Assembly (NCBI GenBank): GCA_964016885.1
Contig: OZ024745.1
Coordinates: 25,234,001 to 25,298,000, forward strand
Source of the DNA: Eledone cirrhosa
Lineage: Eukaryota
Direction: 5' to 3'
Length of the DNA: 64,000 bases
The position numbers and the translations under genes are program-made. The notes beneath the pieces are model-generated. The model was not told the origin of the DNA and searched no databases. It saw only the letters and a list, made by a program, of their open reading frames with translations. Shown here piece by piece: positions 24,901 through 39,030 of the stretch. Position 1 is the first letter of the stretch, and each line of letters starts with the position of its first letter.

Positions 24901-26667
24901 GACTTTGTCAAATGTGAAAACTAATTGTGTTGTTTACAATACTTAGCCATGAGAATATGTTCTTGTTAGCTGCTGTTGTAAAGATTTCCTTTCTTTTACA
25001 TTCATATTTCCATTTAATTGTGGGAATAACTGGTGGAATATTTTTACAGTTGAATGCACTTCCTTCTGATTATCAAGAAGCCAATGAAGGAGTGTGACAA
25101 CCTGTAAGAAATAACAGCCAAATCACCCACAAATCATACCTTATTCTTTTAAGAACATTACATTACACTGTAAAGTAGTTGGTTATCGGATGAAGACAAC
25201 ATAGGGTAGATAGGACTTTTTAGCCATGTCATGGACTTGACAATCTTCATAGTGCTGGTGTCAAGATAAAACACACCATGTGCAGTCTGTCAAAATGCTT
25301 GATGTTATGAAGGGCAGCCATGGCAGAAATGGAATTTATAAGCGTGACATTGATTTCTAACTCATCTAGAATGGCTGCAATTCCGTATAGGATCTGACTC
25401 AGATTATAATAACCAGTTCAATCCATGATTAGGCTAGATTTAGGGGAGGGAGCAAAGGGGGAAATTGCCCTGGGCCCCCTGCAACTGTAGCAATTTATTT
25501 GTGCCCTCAGCTGGGTTTTTTTTTTGTTTTAGGATGGTTAGAATTTTATGATTTGATACCTGTATGTATAACTTTTCAATTCCAATTACTTGCGCCTAGC
25601 TGACATTGATTTGTAAAATTGAAGGGGTTTGTTGTGTATTTTAATTTTGTGTGTATGAGGGGCCCTCCTAAACCTGAACTGCCCACAAGGTCTAAATCCT
25701 ATGTTGATGATGATGATATCCCAACTCTTTAAAAAGGAGAGGCAAGTCATGACTGAAATGTCTTTGATCATAGCTTCCCTGGATTGGAGATAACTTGGAA
25801 TTAAAACAACAACAACAGACTGTTTCTAATGAAGTGGGTAGATAATAACTTTGTGTAGTATGACCAATGATGAATTGTGAAGATAAGAGCAGGTGTATGT
25901 ATTAAAAGTAGAAACTGTCTTCCTAAACAATAACATTTGAACATATGATCAGTTATTCATATGTTCAGTGATTCAGGATGTTAAACACACCACCAATGTG
26001 TTTTATATATTATATTACAATTGTAAGTACATTTCTTTAAAAACTACAGTAATTACCTAGAAAAATGTTAGCTGTGTATCAAGTTCTTGTTTGTATTCAG
26101 AAAGATTGACAGTGAAAAAATACTTAATATTTCATCATCTTTGTTGTTTGTTCAACCACTTTTCCCATGCTGGCATTAGTTGGATGAGACTTTTTCAGGC
26201 AACTTTTTTCTAGGGCTGGATGTCTTTCCTGGTACTAACCTATACTTTATTTTTAAGTATGTTACATAATGTACGCTGATGACATTTATTGAATTGTAAG
26301 TTGTGAGACATCATCAATTGCTTTAAACAATTTTGGTATGAAAACTGGTATTTTTTGTATCAATTTAGAAATACTCTGAGCAAGATGGTTGAATAATATA
26401 AATGAGCTTGGCTGGTCTCACTTGGGGATCCAACCAGATCAGTTGCTTTTGACAGGACCTGCTGAAAGAAGTGTTTGAGGAATCTGCCACCACAACCCTC
26501 TCAAGAAGACTTTGAAAGAATGAAAGGTCAAGTTGACTATAATGGGATTTGAACTCAGAACACAGAGAACAAGAACTTACTGCAAATTATCTCTATCTGA
26601 TGTTCTAACAATTCTCTTAATTTACCACATGTATGTGTTTCTGTGTGTGTGCATGTATGTGTGAGTG

Positions 26668-26712
<45 letters not shown>

Positions 26713-26881
26713 TACACACACATACATATATATATCACTGTTAGGTTACAAATGCATTCTAAACACACACATCTCTTTCCATTTCTCTCTTTCACTCTTT
26801 CATATCTAGTTTCATTTATCTATTTATCTCACTCTACTCACTTTCTCTTGTTTTTACATAACAAGTAACATTATTAAATAA

Positions 26882-26942
<61 letters not shown>

Positions 26943-27257
26943 GTGCCTTTATCATAACCCAACTTCCATCTCCTCCTTGGCCCTTCAGATTACACTCTTG
27001 ACTTTATAACTCACCACTTCCTTCCTCCATCCATCCCCCTCCCCTTTCTAACCACCTGCCAGTTCCTGTTGGAGATTTCCTGTATTAGACTGCATGCTGG
27101 GAAATGTCCCCTCTCAACAGAAGGTCACTGCTTAAAATAGCCACACACATCTCCCCCCCTCTCTCATTTAAATTTGTCCTGGCTATTAAATCTTGGGATA
27201 AATTCAAACTAAGTCCTTTGGGATGGATCATAGATATATGTGTGTTTGTTATGTGAG

Positions 27258-27660
27258 GGCACAAGCATATATGTATATATATATATATATATTAAATGCA
27301 CAAGCATATATGTATATATATATATATTAAATGCACAAGCATATATGTATATATATATATATATTAAATGCACAAGCATATATGTATATATATATATATT
27401 AAATGCACAAGCATATATATATATATATTAAATGCACAAGCATATATGTATATATATATTAAATGCACAAGCATATATGTATATATATATATATTAAATG
27501 CACAAGCATATATATATATATTAAATGCACAAGCATATATGTATATATATATATATATATTAAATGCACAAGCATATATGTATATATATATATTAAATGC
27601 ACAAGCATATATGTATATATATATTAAATGCACAAGCATATATGTATATATATATATGTA
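27258..27660. repeat. Minisatellite attaaatgcacaagcatatatg(ta)n, about 13 copies
   Basis: Seen directly. Confidence 0.9.
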
Positions 27661-27859
27661 TATATATATATGTATATATATGTATATATATGTATATATA
27701 TGTATATATATATATGTATATATATGTATATATATGAAGACAAACATAGAATATTCGAAAATATTCTGTATGTTTATAAAAACATTTTGAAGACCTAATC
27801 GCTATAGAATAGAATACGTCACGTATTACAATTTGAGATTCTCGACAAAAGCAAGGGAA

Positions 27860-27902
27860 GTAACCTACGCGTTTCATTCTTATTTGAAATCATCAGGATT
27901 AC
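27860..27902 (-). ncRNA. Minimal type I hammerhead ribozyme
   Basis: Minus strand: gtaatc-CTGATGA-tttc(aaataa)gaat-GAAA-cgcg-TA-ggttac. The palindromic CGCG stem III is typical of minimal HHRs in Penelope-like elements. Confidence 0.75.
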
Positions 27903-28090
27903 ATATCCAATGCTTTTATCGAGAATGACACAGCTAGAGACTTATAGAATTTTTATAAACATACAGAATATTTTCGAATATTCTATGTTTGTCTTCACAT
28001 ATATATCGCTATTTCAGAGCATTAAATCCAAATGTATATATATATTAAAAATATTTGCTTGTTGTATCCCAACAATTTAAATAGAACTTC

Positions 28091-28125
<35 letters not shown>

Positions 28126-29007
28126 TCACTATCATCATCACCGTTTAATGTCCATTTTTCCACGCTAAGATGAATTAGAGGAGTTGTCTTGTTGTGGGAA
28201 ATGCCAGGTCAGGTGATCATGTCTTGTTCACGGAGAACGGATTTTGGCTTGGTATCTGCAGCTGGATGCCCTTCGTAATGCCAACCACATTTACAGTGAG
28301 TACTGGGTGCTTTTTGTTGTGACACCTACATGACCACTTTACAGTGTGGACTGGATGCTGTATCATTTTTCTGCTGTTGACTTTTATTTCATATGTATGT
28401 GTGTGTATCTATGTTTGTGTATCTCTCTCTCTATATATATATCATCATCTTCATCATCATCATCATTTAACGTCCATCTTCCATGCTAGCATGTCCCACT
28501 TAAGGCAAGGTTGGTCGGGTGACCGTGTCTCGCTCATATAGGACTAAACCACATTTACAGTGTTACCTACACCGTGTTACCTACACCATGTTACCTACAC
28601 GGCCACATTACAGCGTGGACTGTGTGTTTTTTTGTCGTGACACCTACACGATATATATATATATATGTATCATCATCATTTAATTTCATTTCCGCTTTTT
28701 CCTTGCTTGCAAGGGTGGGACAGGAACTGATTCTGGCTTGATTTCTACAGCTGGATGCCCTTCCTAACACCAACCTTATTTACAGTGAGTGCTGGGTGCT
28801 TTTCTGCCATGGCACCTCCACGACCACTTTGCAGTGGAATGATATGGACCCCAGTCCCTATCATCTCATTTCTAGAGCTGAGTAAACTGGAGCAATGTGA
28901 AATAAAGTGTCTTGCTCAAGGAAACAACACATCACGCGGTCTGAGAATTGAACTCACAACCTTTCGATTGCAAGGCCAATGCTCTAACCACTAAGCCATG
29001 TGCCTCC

Positions 29008-29063
<56 letters not shown>

Positions 29064-29439
29064 ATGTATATATACATATATATATGTGTATATATATGTG
29101 TATATATATATATATATGTGTATATATATATATATACACACACACACACAAATTGTTCCACACTGTAAATATGGTTGGTTTTATTTAGGAAGGGCATTCA
29201 GAAAATTATAGACAGTGATTTTCATTAGAAATGTGGCTCCATTAGAACAAAATTCTTAATATCTCTATTGGATATAAGATGAAACCTGTTGATTAACCCT
29301 GATCAATCAAATCTATGGTTAAAGATGTTCCAGTCGAGTATCTACTTCCATCTTTTTAGGAGTATCTACATTATCTAATGTGTCTGTTCCTTATTCAAGA
29401 TGGTGAGATTTTGTTGCTATTTCTAGCAGTTTGTGCTGT

Positions 29440-29830
29440 AGATAAATGAGGTATTCAAGTTATGTATGAATGTATTGTTTATCAAGGTTAGAGTTGTGAG
29501 CACTACAGTGAGGAATTTAGAGCACAAGTTGGTGTGCAACAGGTCTCTATCCTTAGCTACCTTCTATTCATTATTCTTCTTGAGGCTGTAACAGAATAGT
29601 TCATGACAGGAAGCTCTTGAGAACTTTCATGTGCTGCTGACCTAATTCACATAGCAAAAATGTATAATATTTGGAAGTCTGGTCTAGATTCCAGTGGCTT
29701 GAAGGTCATCATGGTAAAGGTTAAAGAGCTAAGTAGTTATAAAATCCACGAAAGCCCATTTCCTTTCTGGTAAGTAAGTGGTAAATGACCTTGATTAATA
29801 TGTAGGAAGGAAGTAGGCAGAATTTCTACT
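29440..29830 (+). pseudogene. Heavily decayed RTE RT fragment related to 6378-8579
   Basis: caaggttagagttgt...agtgaggaattt...gttggtgtgcaacagg...gaggctgtaacagaa aligns by eye to 7470-7830, with stops and frameshifts. Confidence 0.75.
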
Positions 29831-30738
29831 GAGTACTCATCATCATCATAGTTTAATGTCCATTTTTCCACGCTAGCATAGGTTTGACAAGTTGTCCCAT
29901 TGTGAGACAGATTGGATGAATGTGTCTTGCTCATACAGAACTGGCTTGGTTTCTATGGCTGGATGCCCTGCCTAATACCACCAACATTTACCGTGTTGAC
30001 CGGGTGCTTTTTAGCATGGAATCAAGATGACCACTGTGCAGTGTGGACTGGGTGCTTTTTATTGTGACACCAAAACAACCAGTAAATTATACAGACTGAC
30101 AGAGAACCTAGACTTTAGGTGTGGACAGTACACAGTAGTTAATAATACCCTCATAATTAACCCTTTTCATCTCAAACTGCTCCTGATTTCTTCAATACTA
30201 AGTTGTTTATATTTATCTAAAAACCTTCCAACATAATTTTATGCAAGAACCATTGTTAAGTTATGTTTCTAACACCATATTGATAATAAAAAAGTTAGTA
30301 ATACCTCCAAATTCTTGAATGTTTTCAAAGTTATTTGAAAAATATTAAATAATACATTAAAGGATTTTTAATTAAATTTTCTCAAAAAGCACCTTATCTC
30401 ACAGAACCTCAAAATTGTAAAGTTAGACAAAGAGCTGATGAGGGTGAAGATGTGTATGTGTGTAAACTTGTCTTCTACATCACCTTTCTTTATTTCCTTC
30501 TTCCAGCCACTTCTCTGTGGCAACACACTTCTTGTCCTCCTCTTCTTTTCTATATTTCATCTGCCTGTCACCCACCTTGTGGATTGTCTCTCTGTTGACC
30601 ACTGGCTGCTGGTCTCTGTCCTTTCAGGCATTTTTACCCATTGTTGTCTTTGACAGTATTTAATTGTTTTAATGGCTGTTCTAGTGATGCGTTTTCTCAT
30701 TTTTATATGTAATAATAATAATATTTAAATGACGACCT

Positions 30739-31197
30739 CACACACTTACACCTCTCCAAGACAATGTCACTGGACCAAGATCTTTGGCGCTACGCAGTAA
30801 CACAGAAGACCCACCTTGCCTAAGTACAAAGCGAAACCTACAGTCAGTTGGCATCTCTTAACAAAATACCCCCCCCCCCCTCCACACCACCCTTTCGATG
30901 TAAAGTTATGTTGGAACCACAACATCCAGTCCTAAATAAATGAAGTCGTGTAGGTGTCACGACAAAAAAACACACAGTCCACGCTGTAATGTGGTCGTGT
31001 AGGTGACACGGTAAAAACCTCCCAGTTCCACACTGTAAATGTGGTTGGTGTTAGGAAGGGCATCCAGCCGTAGAAAACCCGCCAGACAGTCCTATACGAG
31101 CAAGACAACCAATCTTGCCTCAAGTGGGAAAATTCCCGTCCAAACCCATGCTAGCGTGGAAGATGGCCGTTAAACGATGATGATGATGATGATGATG
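30739..31197 (+). mobile_element. Short 3' copy of the RTE LINE
   Basis: Closely similar to 8495-8975 (ORF end, 3'UTR, (GAT)n tail). Confidence 0.9.
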
Positions 31198-31484
31198 AAA
31201 CAAAAAAAGGAAAGGGAAATAAGGAAAAAAAATGAGAATTAGACAATGAAGGAAAGGGAGAGAGGGAGGGACAGACTCTACATCTCAATTTGAATGGTGA
31301 TTCAGCCATGCCCTGCAGACAGAATGGCAAAGGCATTGCCACAAGGAATGGCCAGTAACACCCACTGCAACAGCCATCCTGCTCCATGAGGACTTCTTCC
31401 TCAGACAGGCTGTGTTACCAAAACTATATTCTAGTACATCATTTCTTGACCAGCGTTTCTCAACCTTTTTACCCACATCAGCGT

Positions 31485-31641
31485 TGCTGTCATCATCACC
31501 ATTGTCATCATCATCATTGTCATCACCATATTCAACATCATCATCATCGTTATCTTCATCATCATCATCATGACAATCATTATCATCATCTTTGTCATCA
31601 TAATAATCATCATTGTCATCATCATCACCATCATTGTCATG

Positions 31642-31673
<32 letters not shown>

Positions 31674-31731
31674 TGTCATCATTAGCGTTGCTGTCATCAT
31701 CATCCTCATCATTATCATTATCATCATTATC

Positions 31732-31762
<31 letters not shown>
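31485..31762. repeat. Imperfect (CAT)n microsatellite
   Basis: Seen directly. Confidence 0.92.
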
Positions 31763-32984
31763 ATCTATAGGTGGTGTAGTTCTACAAATTCTAACATTTC
31801 TCTGAATTGACAAAGCAATTACATCATTTAAGTTGTGAATGCCAACTTTTCAACCATGAAGAAGGAGTGGTACTTATCCTCTTTCTTTCCTTTTTACACT
31901 GGCTTAACTGAGACAGTAGGCATAATGTACTTCAAACAACAATATGATACGAGTGGCAGGTGGAAAGCCAGTTGTCTTAAAAGACACTTAACAATGAAAA
32001 CAAAAAAGACAGAAGAAAAAAAAAAAAAGAAAAATATAACACCTGCTCAGAAAAATAAAGAATACTCTCTTACTCAATAGGTTGTTACACCTGAAAACAG
32101 GTGAAGTTGAATAGAATAATCATGATAACAACATCTGCCAGTATTTATGAGTTGTTGTTGTTGATGTTGTTGTAAAGCGCTAGATCAATCCTGAATTCTT
32201 ATATTCTTTTACTGGCTTCAGTCATTAGACTGCGACCAGACTGGGGCACTGCTTTGAGTTTAGTTGTTTACATCGACCACCCACTCCACCCCACTCCAGT
32301 ACTTTTTTTTTTCATGTTCATTACTTATTTTATCAGTCTTGTTTTTTCGAACTGCTAAGTCACAAGTCATAAACACATATGTGTATGTATATACATATAT
32401 ATCATCATCATCGTTTAATGTCCATATATATATTTATATATATATCATCACTGTTTAACATCCATTTTTGCATGCTAACATGGTTTAGATGGGTTGTCCC
32501 ATTTGAGATAAGTCAGGTCAGGTGACCATGTCTTGCTCATACAGAGCTATTTCTGGCTTGACGAATGGGTGTTAAAACGAGAACAATGAAGATGATGATG
32601 ATATATTCTACTATCTTCTACACTCTTCATCTATCAAATTCCATTGATAAGGTAAGGTTAACCCTCAACTGTGACTGCTGGTACTCATTTCCAGCTGTGT
32701 GGACTGGAGCAATCTGAAATGAAGTGCTTTGTTCAAGAACACCATCCTGTCCATGGAACGAAAACCATGGCATTACAATCATGAGATAACCATCTTAACC
32801 ACTTGGCCATGGACCTGCTGGAGGAATGTGAAATGAAGTGTCTTGCTCAAGAACATAACATACTACCTGGTCCAAAGAATTGTAGCAATAAGGGTGGCTA
32901 TACAATGTGTAGATTGCACATTTGGTGTTCTGAATGCAACATCAAATTTGCAGTCGATCAATTACTTATAGTTAGTTACAGTAT

Positions 32985-34100
32985 AATAATGATTTTTGAT
33001 TTAGGCACAAGGCCAACAGTTTTGGGGGAGGAGAAAGTTGATGTAATTGGCCCCAGTGTGTTACTGGTACTTTATTTCATCGACCTGGTAAGGATGAAAG
33101 GCAAAGCTAACCTCGGCAGGATTTGAACTCAGAACATAAACGGCCATAATTATATGCCGCAAAGTATCTTGTCCAATGCTCTACTGATACTGCCAATCCA
33201 CTGCCCTTTAATTACAGTATAATAATGATTTATAGGCTCAAGTCCAGTGATCTAGGGAAGGGAAGGTCATTAAAGATCCAGAACTTTGCAGTATTTGTGA
33301 GATGTTTTAATGACTCACAAAATTCTCTGCCCTTAGTTACAGAATAATAATTCTTTCTAGTGTTTGTTCAATTCCAGCAATTTGAGGGAAGGGGAAAGCC
33401 AATTATATTGACCTCCCCCCTCCCAGTACTTGGCTGGTATTTTATTTTATCAACCTCAGAAGGATGAAAGGCAAACTTGATCTCAATGGGATTTGAACTC
33501 AGAACATAAAAAGTCTGAACAAATACTGCAAATCATTTGCCAGCTGTTCTAACAATTCTGCCAATCCACCATCTTTACTTACATTATAATAATTGTTTCT
33601 ACTTTTTGGCACAAGGCCAGCAATTATCCAGCAATTATCCCAGAGCATTACTGGTACTTTATTTTATCGACCCCGTAAGGATGAAAGGCAAAGTTAACCT
33701 CGGCAGGATTCGAACTCAGAATGGCAAGGGCCGCAACTCTATGCGTCAAAGCATAACGTCCGACCCTCTACCGATATTGCCAATCCACCCTTATATTATA
33801 ATAATTGTTTCTACTTTAGGCACAAGGCCAGCAATTACCCAGTACATTACTGGTACTTTATTTTATCGACCCCATAAGGATGAAAGGCAAAGTTAACCTC
33901 GGCGGGATTTGAACTCAGACTGTAGAAAGCATGGCGTCCAACCCTCTACCGATACTGCCAATTCACCACCCTTACATTATAATAATGGTTTCTGATTTAG
34001 GCAGAAGGCCAACAATTTTGGGGGAAGGAAAAGTCAGTTAAATCGCCCAAATGCATTACTGGTACTTTATTTTATCAACCCCATAAGGATGAAAGGCAAA
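32985..34100 (-). mobile_element. Cluster of at least five same-orientation family-A SINE copies
   Basis: Repeated ggtactttattttatcgaccccgtaaggatgaaaggcaaagttaacctcggc units separated by (AAT)n-type junctions. Confidence 0.87.
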
Positions 34101-37100
34101 TATGTATATTTTCCTGAATATTATTTGCTTTATATATTTGTGCAAAATACAATATGTTTCTCAAACGATATATGGCTCTCTCTCTACATAATATCTTTTA
34201 AATTTAAATTATATATATTTGTCATTGTTTTTCAATTTGTGTTATGTGGACATGGTTGGTTTGAAGCCAGTTATTTTGAATGATGTAAGAAGTAGTGATA
34301 GTGGTGGTGGTGGTGTGGTAGTGATGATGATGTTGTTCATAAGAGCAGGTGTAAATGTAACACAAGGAAGTTAAAGCAAATCAGTCTGTTTGTTCCAGCT
34401 GGTACAGAATTTGTCTACTATAAGAAAGAGCACTATAAGAGAAGCATCATCATCATCATTTAACATCTATATTCTATGTTGCATGGGTTAGACAGGTTGT
34501 CATGTTCTGAGGCTAGACTGGTCGAGTGACTGTCTTGCTCATTCACTTCATTTTTAGCTCGGCTTTATGACTGGATGCCCTTCTTAATGCCAAATAAATT
34601 TTACTTATAGATTTTAGCAAGCATGGAAAAGTAGATATAAGAACAATGATGATGTTGATTCTGTTATTGAGATTTTTTTTTTTAACACTTTAGCATTTAA
34701 ACTGGCCATATTCAGCCAGAACTCTTTCACCTCTTTCTGTTCAAACCAGCCATAACCAGTTGCTCATACCAGTGTTAAGGTATTGTCCTCAAAATAAATA
34801 ACATCAAAATCTCGTAGCTTTGGCATTATGTGAGATAAAGCCTTTACTGCAAAAATACAATAATAAATATAGAGTAATGTAAATGCTAAAGCATTAAACC
34901 ATAGTGTTGTAAATAGATTTATTACCCCTTTCCCTCCTAAAATTATTTTTCTGAACACAACAAAATGAGATACCTTCTTTTTTGTAAGTAATTTTTTTTT
35001 TTCAATTTAGAATGGAGAGATGCCAGCTGTTAACCAGGAGTTAATCAGAGAAGGCCAGTGTCCTTGACTCTTTATTTTCTCAGGGTCTCAAAACTATTGA
35101 AATGAAGAAGAGAGGCAGGTATCCTTAAACTTGATGCCTGACCTGAATGCTTGCCACAGAATAAACTTTGCTAAAGGCACCCAGTACAACATGGTAGTGT
35201 TAATCCTTTAGTATTTAAACCGGCTGTATCCAGCCAGAATTCTCTCACCTCTTTCTGTTCAAATTGGCTGTAACTGGCCACTCATACTGATGTTAAGGCA
35301 TTGTTCTCAAAATAAATAACATCAAAATCTCATAGATTCAATATTATGTGAGATAATTAGGAAAATATAATAGTAAATATAAAGTAATATAAATGCTAGA
35401 GGGTTAAACTGAATAATGGATTAAGTCTACCACCCAAATAGGCCATAGTGAGATTTGAACTCAACATGCAAAAAATTGGAAGAAATACTCAAGAAATCTC
35501 ATCTGATTCTCTAACAATTCAGCCAGCCTGAAATGTGACTTTATTTCGTAAATCTTGAAAGGATGAAAAGCAAAATTGACCCTGGCAGGATTTGAACTCA
35601 AAGCACAGAGAGCTGGAACAAATATTACAAGGCATTTCATCTTATAATTGTAGATATGTTCACATAGATTAAAGGCTATGTTAATTTAATTTAAAATTAA
35701 ACCAGTGTCATTATTGTAACCAGAAACACAGAGAAAAATTACAGAGACAAGCAACCAACTTATTTCTATAAAAGAATGTGCATTGTCCCATTTTTGTAAC
35801 CTTCAACTAAGAAGAGTTTAGTTAACATAATTTGTATATATATAAATAGAAAGTCCTGAGAAACTACTGCAAAGTGTTTATAGATATTTTAAAATGTGCC
35901 ATGTAGAAGAAACATATTTACAAGCTAGAAAGGATTTCCCACAATGAAAAACAAAGCCTCAACTGGTTTTTCATTTTTTCATGAATATTACAAAGATCTA
36001 TTATTGAGTTTATATGATTTTTCATTATCACGTAGGTTAGAGCATTGGATTGACAGAATCAGTAGAGCAGCAGACAAAATGATTTACAGCATCTGTTCCT
36101 GCTTATTACATTCTGAGTTCAAATCCTGCCTAAGCCAATTTTGCCATTTATCCTTCTGATGTTGATAAAATATAGTACCGGTCAAATACTGGGGGTCAAT
36201 ATAATCAACTTTCCTCTTTCTACGAATTGCAGCCTTTGTGTCTAGATTAGAAATTGTTATTCAGAAAAAGAATATTATTTAGCATTATGTAATATGCAAT
36301 GTCAAAATTTGTTTATTATTTTAAATTAGTACAAAAAAATTCTTCATTCATAAACCCTTGTGTTCCTGAGTGAAAAATCCCCTTGTATAAAAATTGCCAT
36401 CATCATCATCATCACCACCAGCATTATTTTGACATCCACTTTCCATGCTGGTATTGGCCGGAGGCCTACATCTTGCTTGTATGTTCTGTTTTTGGTATGA
36501 TTATTATTGCTGAATTCCCCTCCTAATACCACAGAGTGTACTGAGGGCATTTTATTATGGTATCACCACTTGTAAAGTTGCCCTGTCCTTGACAAGACTA
36601 TAGAGTTGACTCAATCCTATGTTGTCTCTGTTCAACCAACAACCACTTCAGAGTATATAATGGATGCATTTATTGTGGCACCAGCACTAGAGTGGTTTCC
36701 TTGTCTTCTGCAGGGCCAAGAAGTCTTCTTCACTTTTCGTAGTCTCTGTGGTTATAAAACATCTAGCAGTTAAACCTCAATAGATCTTGTTGTGGTTTTA
36801 TTGACTGAATATTCCAGTTGTTTATTTAACAGAACTACCTACTCATTAAATTATATAGAATAAGTGGTTGAGTATTCTAAAGAGACTTCTAACTTTTGCA
36901 GAATCAGTGTAGTACTCTGTAACAAGCTGAGCCCTTGAAGTACAGATGTGGTTAATCTGGCAGGATTCTGCACAGTTTCTATATATCTAATTTCACTAAC
37001 AGGGCTTGAGTCAACATATGAGGGATGGTTGAAAAGTTCATAGGTTGAGCAAAATACTCTCATGGAATGACCAAGTGAGCAAGACACTTTATTTCACATT

Positions 37101-37468
37101 GCTCCAGTTACTTCACAGTTATTTCACATTGCTCCAGTTTACTCAGCTGTAGAATTGAGTTACAATGTCACTGGTGTCAAGTTGTATTGGCCTTTGCCTT
37201 TTCCTTGGATATAATTGGTGTCATGGGGACTGGTATGCATGGGCGACTGCTGGTCTTCCACAAAGAACCTTGCCTAAACTTCTGTCTCAAAGGGGAACAA
37301 CCTAAATGCAAATCCCATGGTCATTCATGACCGAAAGGGATCTTTACTATATTTCTAATGATCCTTATATAATTTAGAAAATAATCAAAAATTTGAAAGG
37401 ATTTAGTTATATAACTAAATTTCTCATTATTAAGCTGGTGTTTATATAAGAACTAAGGTTCTTAATAA

Positions 37469-38233
37469 ATACTAGCAGAATGGCCTGGCATTGCTCGGGA
37501 TTCTAAACAGATTGACATGTTTATCTCTCCTTTCTGAAACAGTTTCGTCGTATGTTCACCAATTGATGTAGAAGTCCTAATAAAAAGTGAAGTCGCCTTG
37601 GGTAAATAGGCAAATAATTTTCCATTAAGATTTTTCAAAAGCATGTAATTGCGTTCCTTCTCTTTTTTGTTGTTGTTTTTGCTGCTGTCGAGCTCGTGAA
37701 ATAAATACGTGTGTTTATATTTTGTTTTTGTGTATGCAAAAAATCAGTACACGAATATATAATTATATATATATATATTAAAATAACAGATTAAAGTTTA
37801 AGCGAAGAATCGCTACTTTCACCCTTAACGGGATCTTCTGAAACTAAAAATATCAATCTGTGAACGCAGAAGTAAATATTTCGAAAAACGTTACACACTA
37901 CATACATATATGTATACACACACACTATATATACATATATACACACACACACCGCGTCATAATGTCGTAATGCAGACAGCCAGACATACAGACAGATATC
38001 ATAAGGGCGTGACGTTATATCTATGTATCTATCTAAAAAGAAAGACTAAGAGAGAGAGAGATCGCTAAATCGCCTAATGCGGTCCCTAGGGCATTGAAAA
38101 TTTGAAATTCTTTTTGCTCAAAACACACAGGACCATAAGTATTACATGTGTAAAGTTTGAAAGCAATTGGTTGGGTGGTTCTCGAGTTTTAGTGAGCTGA
38201 CAGACAGACATTCTCTGTTTTAGATATATAGAT
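37469..38233 (+). mobile_element. Helitron/Helentron-associated non-autonomous element (HINE-like), decayed
   Basis: 5' ATACTAGCAGAATGGCCTGGCATTGCTCGGG and 3' ...gtaaagtttgaaagcaattgg...GACAGACAGACA...TAGATATATAGAT resemble DINE/Lep1-type ends. Confidence 0.5.
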
Positions 38234-38561
38234 AATCACTTTATGTTTGAATTTTTTAAAATATAAATATAAACACTTTAAAACAAACAGTTTTATATCA
38301 TTTCAGGCGTGTTGATATCAAAATGGTTAAACAGTATCAATTGCTTGACTAGTGCTTATTTCAGAAGGATAAAAGTCAAAGTTATTGTCTACAAAATTTT
38401 AATCCAGAATGCAATGGGCTTTAATAAAATGCTGCAAACCCTTCAGAACTAAACCATTTTTATGACACTGCTAAGTTTTAACCCTATGACACTGCTAAGT
38501 TTTAATCACATGAAACCACAGCTGGTTCTACAATACAAAACTGTTTATTGTAAAGTGTTTA

Positions 38562-39030
38562 TGAGGTCTGTTGAAAAATTATCTGACTTTATTTTTTCCT
38601 GTGGAAAGTAATGATTCTAGGGAGACAAAAGTGAACAGAACAGAGCTACATACATTCATGTGCCTGTGTGGTTTTTTAGGAGTTCACTTGTCAGGCAGCC
38701 ATTGTGTGAAGTGCTATATTACTCACTTGTTGCATTTTCATTTTACCCAATACCTTCTGAGTTCCTGAATATCATGATAACTGGGGATGAGACATGAGTC
38801 TATGAGTATGACCTGGAAACAAAAGCTCAGACATCACAGTGGAAGTGTCCATTGTCACCAAGGCCCTCAAAAGCCCATGAGGTAGAGAGCAAAATCAAGG
38901 TGATGTTGACAGTTTTCTTTGACTATTGAGACAGTGGGCATCATGAATACACACCAGAAGCACAAACAGTTAAAAAGGAGTACTATCAGTAAGGCCCCTG
39001 ACATTTATGTGATGCAGTGCAAGAGACTGG
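38562..39030 (+). pseudogene. mariner transposase remnant with left TIR
   Basis: TA followed by a TIR-like TGAGGTCTGTTGAAAAATTATC. From 38762 it translates FLNIMITGDET*VYEYDLETKAQTSQW...KVMLTVFFDY*...TVKKEYY. Confidence 0.88.

Noticed and set aside
27258-27660. Constant repeat with variable spacers resembling CRISPR
   Set aside because: The spacers are only (TA)n of varying length; eukaryotic minisatellite.
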